From positions 1-6,223 of IMG/VR virus record IMGVR_UViG_3300028388_000416: DNA of 6,223 nucleotides; one strand, 5' to 3'. Origin of the DNA: a virus. Under the pieces are notes generated by a model that was not told the origin of the DNA, ran no database searches, and saw only the letters and a program-made list of their open reading frames with translations. The stretch's first letter is position 1. Each line of letters starts with the position of its first letter. Shown here piece by piece: positions 1 to 4,796 of the stretch. Made by a program: the position numbers and the translations under genes.

Positions 1-927
1 GTCTTCCTTGAAGGCCCACACAATTGAGCGATTTGGCCAGTCCACGGCACCATGCGTCTGCTTGATGTCTGCCTGCGCAACCGTGTCGGAAAACCACTCG
101 TTGCTCCTTTGCGAGCCAATCGGCTCCACCGCCGAACCGTTGGTGATGTAAAAGCCGTCCTGGCTGAGAAAGAACGTGTCCGTTCCGATAGTCACCGCGC
201 TATCCGACGCAATGCACCCCCTGTCCGTTGCAACAGGCTCAAAGCTGAAAACCTTTGGAGCCCCGACAAAGACCATGCGCCAGATGGCCCGCTCCTGAAA
301 CACCAGCCCGAACCTGCCCCCGACAATCGCTGTCACGCGCCCATATCTCGGGTCGAGGTCACGATAATCCGACAACTCCCCCCTGTCTGTCACCCATGCG
401 GTCGTCGGGTTGTTCTTGGCCGACCAGCGCACCCGATTGGGCACGGCTCCGGTCGGGCTTCCTACAGTGTCCACCAAGTCGCCCAGGACAAGGAAATCGT
501 CCACCTTCCCGACTTGTGCCGCCTTTGGCGGGGTGCCGCCGAGCGTGGCCCACGTATCGTCGCTGTCTAGATCGTCCAGCGCCTGCGGGTCATTCTCTAT
601 CGACACTGCCACGATGAGGTCATTGAACCGCTCAAAGCGCCAGCCATTGCTGGTCGCACTGTAGCCTGTCGTCTCTGCCACCGTCCCCGCACGCAACGTC
701 AAAAGTCTCGTGGACGACCCCGCGAACACTTCGGGATTGCCACTGTCATCGAAGAACATTGCCGCGCCAGTGACAACTTCCGTCGTCGTGCTCTCTTGCT
801 CCACCGCCGCAAGAAACGGGCCATAGCCACCCGCCACGGGGTAGCACCCATCCGCCTCGATGAGGCCGGGGTTCCGGTAATCCGCCTGGTCCGGCAGCCA
901 CTCCCCAAAGTCAATCTCCCGTATCAC
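1..927 (-). CDS. Large virion protein in the tail hub/nozzle slot (P22 gp10 / T7 gp12 position), 3'-partial, runs off the left edge
   Basis: Hand translation of the minus frame is open for all 309 codons from GTG 927-925 to position 1: MIREIDFGEWLPDQADYRNPGLIEADGCYPVAGGYGPF...NRVRWSAKNNPTTAWVTDRGELSDYRDLDPRYGRVTAIVGGRFGLVFQERAIWRMVFVGAPKVFSFEPVATDRGCIASDSAVTIGTDTFFLSQDGFYITNGSAVEPIGSQRSNEWF...AFKED. It is absent from the ORF track because no stop lies in the window. The GTG overlaps the upstream TGA (GTGA). Function is inferred from gene order and recurring strand-turn, blade-like segments, and is not verified by search. Confidence 0.75.
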   Translation of the reverse strand, partial: MIREIDFGEWLPDQADYRNPGLIEADGCYPVAGGYGPFLAAVEQESTTTEVVTGAAMFFDDSGNPEVFAGSSTRLLTLRAGTVAETTGYSATSNGWRFERFNDLIVAVSIENDPQALDDLDSDDTWATLGGTPPKAAQVGKVDDFLVLGDLVDTVGSPTGAVPNRVRWSAKNNPTTAWVTDRGELSDYRDLDPRYGRVTAIVGGRFGLVFQERAIWRMVFVGAPKVFSFEPVATDRGCIASDSAVTIGTDTFFLSQDGFYITNGSAVEPIGSQRSNEWFSDTVAQADIKQTHGAVDWPNRSIVWAFKED

Positions 928-1511
928 AGTCTGCGCGACCTTGCCTTGATGCCGAGAGAGGTGCGCCGGTTCATGTCGTCCTTCTTGGCAAGGTTCAACG
1001 CTGCCGCATAGGCGCGGCCATAGGATTGCTCGCTCTCCGCGTCCTTCGCCCATATCGCCGCGTGCGTGAGCGCCTGGTAGAGATAGAGGCCGGGATACCG
1101 GCTCATCACGTCGTTCGTGTCGCTGTCAGCCGAAAGACCATCAAGCGCCTTCACGTATTGCAACGAAACCGTGTAAGTCCCGTCCGGTTCTGGCGCAAAG
1201 TAGATTTGCCCATCCTGAATAGAGTAGAACCGGGGTGCACGGTCGTCTGCATAAAGGCGTGCCGCCTGGTCCGTCACGTTTTCGAGAATGCGGTTATCCC
1301 CGCCAACTTCGACAGACGCCGACACCATGCTGCCGAAATCCGAAGGAAGCGTGGCCGGGTTGCTGGCCGTCGTAACCGTCGTGCTGGTCTGCATATCAAG
1401 AAACCGGCAGTCGCGGTTAACACCCGCCGTGGTCAGCATGTAGACGTAATCCGGCACGTCCGAACGCCCCATCGCGCTCTCGACGTAGGATTTAAGCTGA
1501 CCGAAGTTCAT
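924..1511 (-). CDS. 195-aa virion protein, candidate head-to-tail adaptor (T7 gp11 / P22 gp4 slot)
   Basis: Track ORF. GGAG lies 8 nt upstream of the ATG at 1511. The start overlaps the upstream stop (TGATG) and the stop overlaps the downstream GTG (GTGA). Size and position just before the nozzle-slot gene match podovirus adaptors. The function call is positional only. Confidence 0.8.
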   Translation of the reverse strand: MNFGQLKSYVESAMGRSDVPDYVYMLTTAGVNRDCRFLDMQTSTTVTTASNPATLPSDFGSMVSASVEVGGDNRILENVTDQAARLYADDRAPRFYSIQDGQIYFAPEPDGTYTVSLQYVKALDGLSADSDTNDVMSRYPGLYLYQALTHAAIWAKDAESEQSYGRAYAAALNLAKKDDMNRRTSLGIKARSRRL

Positions 1512-1861
1512 CAGACGTGCTCCGTCGTGCGGAATTTGGAGTAATCACGGTCGCGCAGAAGATTGACGAGCAACCGATTCAACGTGTGCCCGTATTCCGG
1601 TGAACCAGGGGCGGGGAGAAGCCCTTGCCGCTCCCATTCTCGTATCTTGTCCCAGACGATGGTAACGGGAAGGGAGCCGACCTTGCGTTTCGACCGATCC
1701 GCGCTCCATCCATTCGTCTCGTTACGAACGCGGGCGTTTTCGTCAATCGCGGGCTGCACATCCTGCACGAACTGGCGATGAAACTTGGTCCCGTCACCAT
1801 CGACAAAGCGCGTCCGAATGTCAGGCCCCTGTTCGTGAACCCGCCAGCCGCGAATGCTCAT
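1511..1861 (-). CDS. 116-aa hypothetical phage morphogenesis-module protein
   Basis: Track ORF. GGAG lies 8 nt upstream of the ATG at 1861. It has an ATGA overlap with the upstream gene and a TGATG overlap with the downstream gene. Composition is non-repetitive and protein-like (W/R/D-rich). No family recognised. Confidence 0.75.
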   Translation of the reverse strand: MSIRGWRVHEQGPDIRTRFVDGDGTKFHRQFVQDVQPAIDENARVRNETNGWSADRSKRKVGSLPVTIVWDKIREWERQGLLPAPGSPEYGHTLNRLLVNLLRDRDYSKFRTTEHV

Positions 1862-2157
1862 CCGGCAAACTCCGAAACCTTGACGCTTCCGCCGGTCGTG
1901 GCCTGGATAGCGGCCACATACTGGCCGGGAAGAATGCGAATGAAATGATCCTTGCCCGCGCCGATATACGTGTCGCTTGTTGTCGCCACAACGGAGTCAT
2001 CACCAAGAGCGTAGTGCGCCGCCTCTGTCGCTTCAATTACGACAAAGCGCGTCTGGCTGCCGACGCCGCTTGACGTGCGCGCGCTTGTGCCGCTCGTGGT
2101 AATACTCTGGCACCCGCCCGCAATAGGATACGGCGTGGTCGTGTTCGCTCTGCTCAT
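1858..2157 (-). CDS. 99-aa Thr/Ser/Gly/Ala-rich small protein, probably beta-rich, function unknown
   Basis: Track ORF. AAGG lies 8 nt upstream of the ATG at 2157. It has ATGA overlaps at both ends (with the 50-aa ORF upstream and the 116-aa ORF downstream). Confidence 0.7.
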   Translation of the reverse strand: MSRANTTTPYPIAGGCQSITTSGTSARTSSGVGSQTRFVVIEATEAAHYALGDDSVVATTSDTYIGAGKDHFIRILPGQYVAAIQATTGGSVKVSEFAG

Positions 2158-2306
2158 TGCACCAGCCTTTGCTGCTTTAGCTTCTGAATCTCGTCATCCG
2201 GCAACTTCACCCTGTCACCATGATGCTTCGGCCCCTTTGATGTCTTTACCAAGGAACCGACGACGTAGACTTCTTTTTGCGGCGGTCGCCCGCGCTTCTT
2301 TTCCAT
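2154..2306 (-). CDS. Unlisted 50-aa basic ORF with an AT-hook-like KKRGRPP motif
   Basis: Hand translation: ATG 2306-2304 ... TGA 2156-2154 gives MEKKRGRPPQKEVYVVGSLVKTSKGPKHHGDRVKLPDDEIQKLKQQRLVQ. The SD-like AGGGGA (2317-2312) lies 5 nt upstream of the ATG. The stop overlaps the next gene's start (ATGA). The ORF exactly fills the only otherwise unexplained gap in the operon. It is below the 60-aa track cutoff. Confidence 0.55.
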   Translation of the reverse strand: MEKKRGRPPQKEVYVVGSLVKTSKGPKHHGDRVKLPDDEIQKLKQQRLVQ

Positions 2307-2311
2307 TGGAA

Positions 2312-2317
2312 TCCCCT
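2312..2317 (-). promoter_or_regulatory. Shine-Dalgarno-like AGGGGA for the 50-aa ORF, overlapping the TAG of the upstream gene
   Basis: The minus strand reads TAGGGGATTCCAATG, a purine-rich core with a 5-nt spacer to the ATG. Confidence 0.5.
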
Positions 2318-2612
2318 AGGGAAGGGGGCGACCCGAAAGCCGCCCCCGCCTCTTAGCTAAATGGGGGGTAACCTCGACCCCGCCGACAAGATCGTCGGAG
2401 CCGTCCGTGGTGATGGTCAGGTCGCCGGTCTTCGTGGTCTGCACGTAGATGCGGTAAATGTTCCCGGACCCCGTGGCTGCGGGCAGGGTGATTGCCTGCG
2501 TCGCAGCGAGGTTGGAAACAACGGTCTGACCGGAGTGGCCGTCTTGCGTGAGCGCCAGGGACGCCCCCGTAAACTCGACCACGCCGAAGTTAGATTGCCA
2601 TGCGGTTGCCAT
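2316..2612 (-). CDS. 98-aa small beta-rich protein immediately after the capsid gene, candidate capsid decoration/cement protein, with a basic Arg/Gly/Pro C-terminal tail
   Basis: Track ORF. The strongest SD in the window (AAGGGGGA, 2626-2619) lies 6 nt upstream of the ATG at 2612 and overlaps the capsid TAA. The body is Thr/Gly/Ala/Val-rich. The last 15 residues (HLAKRRGRLSGRPLP) are encoded across the stem-loop at 2324-2347. Function is positional inference only. Confidence 0.75.
   Translation of the reverse strand: MATAWQSNFGVVEFTGASLALTQDGHSGQTVVSNLAATQAITLPAATGSGNIYRIYVQTTKTGDLTITTDGSDDLVGGVEVTPHLAKRRGRLSGRPLP
2324..2347 (-). promoter_or_regulatory. GC-only stem-loop (7-bp stem GGGGGCG/CGCCCCC, 10-nt loop) inside the 3' end of the 98-aa gene, a possible attenuator or RNA-stability element
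   Basis: Plus-strand 2324-2330 GGGGGCG, loop 2331-2340 ACCCGAAAGC, 2341-2347 CGCCCCC, an exact inverted repeat. On the transcribed minus strand it is followed by TTCCCTAGGGG, which is not a U-tract, so it is not a canonical intrinsic terminator. Confidence 0.4.
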
Positions 2613-2618
2613 TTCTGG

Positions 2619-2626
2619 TCCCCCTT
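2619..2626 (-). promoter_or_regulatory. Strong Shine-Dalgarno AAGGGGGA for the 98-aa post-capsid gene
   Basis: The minus strand reads TAAGGGGGACCAGAAATG. The SD overlaps the capsid stop codon, with a 6-nt spacer to the ATG. Confidence 0.65.
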
Positions 2627-3572
2627 ACGAAGTGGTGAGGTCGGCCACGATGCCCGACGCTTTTTCGTTGCGGCAGACCAGCGTGGCTTCCGCCAGCATG
2701 TGATACTTCATCGAGTCGCCGGTTTTGGCCAGTTCCTCTTCACGAAGCGGGCGAAGTTCTGCCCATGCCCACATGTCCGAACGAACGACAATCGCATCGC
2801 GCGCGCGGACGTGCCGGTTCGGCTCGAAGCGAACCACACCGAAATCATAGTCATAGATGTCGATGGTGGTTGTGAGCCTCTTGGTCGAAGCCTGCACATC
2901 GAGGTTCCGCGAATTGGTGAACCCGGACGCAACCTGCTTGTTGAACGACCCCATGTAGACACAATCGGGCTCAGAACCCGAGTTGTCCCACACGGACTTC
3001 AGCACCGCATCAAGGAGCGTGTCCGTGAATGCGCGCTGAGTGTCGTCACCCCGAGCGTCCGAACCGTCGCCGGTCGGCTCCGATCCGCCGCCGCCAGCCG
3101 ACACGTTGGAGGTCAGCCACGTCGGAACACCGGCAAGTTCGCCGGCAGTCGAGGAACCGCGAACGACCTTCGCGTTGTTGGCGAACGCGGACGACTCCAT
3201 GTCGGTCTTGATTGCCTTCGACTTGAGCATCGCCTGGTAGGTGTGCTCTTTCTCGCGACCGGCCCTGTCAACAGCTTCCATCGTTCCCGTGATAGTGAAC
3301 GACTTCTTGAAGATTTGGCACTGGTTGTCGAGGCGCACGGTCGGCGTAATCGCCGCTGCAACGGTGTCGTCGCCCTCAATGTTCGCATTCGTGGCCGAGG
3401 GCGTGTCGAGAACGTCCGTCTGCCATTCGTGCTTGGTTGCCGACGCCGAGACCTTCGGCATGGCCGAGAGAAACGGGGTCGCGTCAGGATCGACATTGTA
3501 GATGTTGTTGATAAGGTCTTCGCGGATACCAACAGCATCTTGCGTGTCGAAAGTGTTGGCTGGTTGTGCCAT
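2625..3572 (-). CDS. Major capsid (coat) protein, HK97-fold type, no delta domain
   Basis: Track ORF of 315 aa. GGAG (3585-3582) lies 9 nt upstream of the ATG at 3572. It follows the scaffold gene directly. The N-terminal pattern ...REDLINNIYNVDPDATPFLSAMPKVSASATKHEWQTDVLD... matches my memory of a podovirus coat-protein family (the SU10/P22-coat-like group). Size and position are as expected for a scaffold-dependent coat protein. Confidence 0.9.
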   Translation of the reverse strand: MAQPANTFDTQDAVGIREDLINNIYNVDPDATPFLSAMPKVSASATKHEWQTDVLDTPSATNANIEGDDTVAAAITPTVRLDNQCQIFKKSFTITGTMEAVDRAGREKEHTYQAMLKSKAIKTDMESSAFANNAKVVRGSSTAGELAGVPTWLTSNVSAGGGGSEPTGDGSDARGDDTQRAFTDTLLDAVLKSVWDNSGSEPDCVYMGSFNKQVASGFTNSRNLDVQASTKRLTTTIDIYDYDFGVVRFEPNRHVRARDAIVVRSDMWAWAELRPLREEELAKTGDSMKYHMLAEATLVCRNEKASGIVADLTTS

Positions 3573-3581
3573 TGCTTTCTA

Positions 3582-3585
3582 CTCC
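3582..3585 (-). promoter_or_regulatory. Shine-Dalgarno GGAG for the major capsid gene
   Basis: The minus strand reads TCGGAGTAGAAAGCAATG within the 25-nt scaffold-capsid intergenic spacer. Confidence 0.6.
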
Positions 3586-3597
3586 GATAAGATGTGC

Positions 3598-4431
3598 CTA
3601 TCGCAGCCCAAGTTGCTTTGTGATTTCCGAACTGGAAATGGGCTTTGACAGGCGGTTCTGGAATGCAGCCCTGCGTTCCTGTTTGGGGTCGGTGTCGCCC
3701 TTGCTTGCGCCGGGCTTGAGAACCTTCGGAGCCTTCGCAATCTTCTTCTCGGCCCGCACGCTCTTCTTGCTCTGCTCACCTTGCAAAGCATCGTAGCGCG
3801 CCGCCTTTTCGAGAAGGACCGCGATGCGGAAGTCTGGGGTCGAGCGATACTCTTCCTCCGTGAAGCCCGCCTCGAGTGCCGCAGCCTTTCGCGCCGCCGC
3901 ACCTTCATCGAACTTCTTGACATCCGCCCATTCTGGGATTTTCTGCACGGCCACGTCAGCGGTCTGGGCAATGAACTCCTGCTTTGCCTTCTCCTGACGC
4001 TGCTTGAGTTCCGCTTCTCGCTGTGCGCGGACCTTCTGCTTTCTTTCCCACTTCTCCTTTTCCACACCATAGCCGAGCGGGTCTTCTTCCGCCAACTTGG
4101 CCCAGTCTGGCTCTTCTTCGCCCAACTCCGCTTCAAGGTCGCGTAGCTGCTGCTCACGCGCATCCAGTGCCGCCTGCTTCTCAGCGATTTCGGCTTGCGC
4201 CTTCTTTCGCTCTTCCGCCAGCGCCTGGGTTTTGCGCGTATAATCCGCTTGCCTCTGAGTGCCCGCCAAGACTTCGGAAAGGGGTGTCGGTTCGCCGTCA
4301 ACGTCAACGAGCACGTCGCCATACTCTTCGACGGTCAGGACTTGTTCCGGTCCCTCGTCAGTCTCTTCGGGTTCGTCTGGTTCGTCGGTTTCTTCAGCCT
4401 CGGCTTCAGCCTCGACTTCTTCGGTCTCCAC
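3598..4431 (-). CDS. Scaffolding / capsid assembly protein (start codon uncertain)
   Basis: Track ORF of 277 aa between portal and capsid. It has a highly acidic N-terminus (EEVEAEAEAEETDEPDEPEETDE), a long Glu/Lys/Ala/Gln-rich predicted coiled-coil core and a basic C-terminus, which is the typical scaffold layout. The listed start is GTG 4431, with GAGG abutting it and no spacer. The ORF has no ATG codon at all. See the finding on the in-frame TAA upstream. Confidence 0.85.
   Translation of the reverse strand: METEEVEAEAEAEETDEPDEPEETDEGPEQVLTVEEYGDVLVDVDGEPTPLSEVLAGTQRQADYTRKTQALAEERKKAQAEIAEKQAALDAREQQLRDLEAELGEEEPDWAKLAEEDPLGYGVEKEKWERKQKVRAQREAELKQRQEKAKQEFIAQTADVAVQKIPEWADVKKFDEGAAARKAAALEAGFTEEEYRSTPDFRIAVLLEKAARYDALQGEQSKKSVRAEKKIAKAPKVLKPGASKGDTDPKQERRAAFQNRLSKPISSSEITKQLGLR
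4370..4415 (-). repeat. Short in-frame tandem repeats encoding the acidic scaffold N-terminus
   Basis: Plus strand: GGTTCGTCT/GGTTCGTCG (4370-4378 and 4379-4387, 8/9 identical, encoding DEP-DEP) and CTTCAGCCTCGG/CTTCAGCCTCGA (4392-4403 and 4404-4415, 11/12 identical, encoding EAEAEAEA). Confidence 0.7.
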
Positions 4432-4470
4432 CTCGTCGGCTTCGACCTGCTTTTCCGGCTCTTGTGCCGC

Positions 4471-4572
4471 TTACTCTCGCTCGGCGTCCTTGGCCCTCAT
4501 CAGGCTGTCGGCTTTCGCAAGGGCTTCTTGCATAGAAATGGGTTCCGCAAACGCGGATTGTCCATCAGACAT
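4471..4572 (-). CDS. 33-codon ORF in frame with the scaffold gene: a leader ORF or the severed original N-terminus of the scaffold protein
   Basis: Hand translation: ATG 4572-4570 ... TAA 4473-4471 gives MSDGQSAFAEPISMQEALAKADSLMRAKDAERE. A good SD (AAGGAAG, 4583-4577) lies 4 nt upstream of the ATG, directly after the stop of the 69-aa ORF. It is in the same frame as the scaffold ORF (4572-4431 = 141 nt). Confidence 0.5.
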   Translation of the reverse strand: MSDGQSAFAEPISMQEALAKADSLMRAKDAERE

Positions 4573-4576
4573 GCTA

Positions 4577-4583
4577 CTTCCTT
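4577..4583 (-). promoter_or_regulatory. Shine-Dalgarno AAGGAAG for the ATG at 4572
   Basis: The minus strand reads GTAACCAAAGGAAGTAGCATG, where TAA is the stop of the 69-aa ORF. Confidence 0.6.
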
Positions 4584-4586
4584 TGG

Positions 4587-4796
4587 TTACTTGTCAGCCT
4601 CGAAGGGCCATGTGTTGAGAGTATTCCAGACCCGCTTGAGGCCGTGATACTCGTGCCACCTCTCTTCGCGTTCCTCGGGGGTTTTCGCGTTGAGAAGGTG
4701 TTGGTTGATGCGGTCGAGCGTCTCCTTATACGCCAACTGCAAAATCTCGTCCTGTAGCGCTGATTTAGCGCGCGCGGCCTTAGCTTTGGGGTCCAT
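4587..4796 (-). CDS. 69-aa helical, charged small protein between portal and scaffold, function unknown
   Basis: Track ORF (MDPKAKAARAKSALQDEILQLAYKETLDRINQHLLNAKTPEEREERWHEYHGLKRVWNTLNTWPFEADK). The ATG at 4796 lies 17 nt inside the portal 3' end in another frame. The SD is weak (AAGACG). It fills an otherwise empty ~190-nt interval in a tightly packed operon. Confidence 0.6.
   Translation of the reverse strand: MDPKAKAARAKSALQDEILQLAYKETLDRINQHLLNAKTPEEREERWHEYHGLKRVWNTLNTWPFEADK

Noticed and set aside
52-664. Three overlapping plus-strand ORFs (172, 120 and 84 aa) at the left end
   Set aside because: They are antisense to the 309-codon open minus frame that continues the structural operon. 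They are Arg/Pro-rich shadow frames that overlap one another.
796-1544. Plus-strand ORFs of 71 and 172 aa
   Set aside because: They are antisense to the adaptor-slot gene and the nozzle-slot gene start, with Arg-rich shadow composition and no operon context.
2314-2321. CCCTAGGG palindrome spanning the TAG stop, considered as a protein-binding site
   Set aside because: It is an 8-bp palindrome that occurs once in the window, formed by the stop codon next to the SD. It is too short and isolated to call an operator.
2324-2347. Stem-loop considered as a canonical rho-independent terminator (either strand)
   Set aside because: Neither strand has a T/U tract after the stem (minus: TTCCCTAGGGG; plus: GCCTCTTAGC). 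It also lies inside a coding region. It is kept only as a possible attenuator or stability element.
2348-2368. C6 homopolymer run on the coding strand (2368-2363), 15 nt upstream of the stem-loop, considered as a programmed frameshift site
   Set aside because: The spacing to the hairpin is longer than the usual 5-9 nt. CCCCCC is not a canonical X XXY YYZ heptamer here. One alternative frame stops within 15 nt (TAA at 2357-2355) and the other at a TGA (2301-2299) just past the zero-frame stop, so neither product would differ much from the zero-frame protein.
2361-3590. 409-aa plus-strand ORF, the longest complete ORF on the plus strand
   Set aside because: It is exactly antisense to the major capsid gene and the 98-aa gene. 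Its Arg/Gly/Val-rich, low-information composition is typical of shadow ORFs in GC-rich DNA. It has no convincing SD, and the minus-strand genes have far better protein-like sequence and operon context.
3579-4322. 247-aa minus-strand ORF overprinted on the scaffold gene in another frame, extremely Arg/Lys/Ser-rich
   Set aside because: The composition is what a frame-shifted reading of GAA/GAG/AAG/GCC-rich scaffold codons would give. There is no SD at its start, and its end runs through the capsid gene's RBS. An overprinted gene cannot be fully excluded, but nothing in the sequence supports one.
4471-4473. Genome-wide stop-codon reassignment (TAA read as sense) as the explanation for the in-frame TAA
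   Set aside because: TAA also ends the capsid gene (2625-2627), the 69-aa ORF (4587-4589) and the portal gene (4780-4782), each followed by a properly spaced start for the next gene. TGA and TAG are also used as stops. The standard code fits the whole window.
4023-4647. Plus-strand ORFs of 170, 150 and 119 aa over the scaffold region, plus the other short plus- and minus-strand track ORFs nested inside the capsid and portal genes
   Set aside because: They are antisense or alternative frames of repetitive GAA/GCC-rich coding sequence, which stays open in several frames by composition alone. Their products are Ser/Leu/Arg/Pro low complexity.
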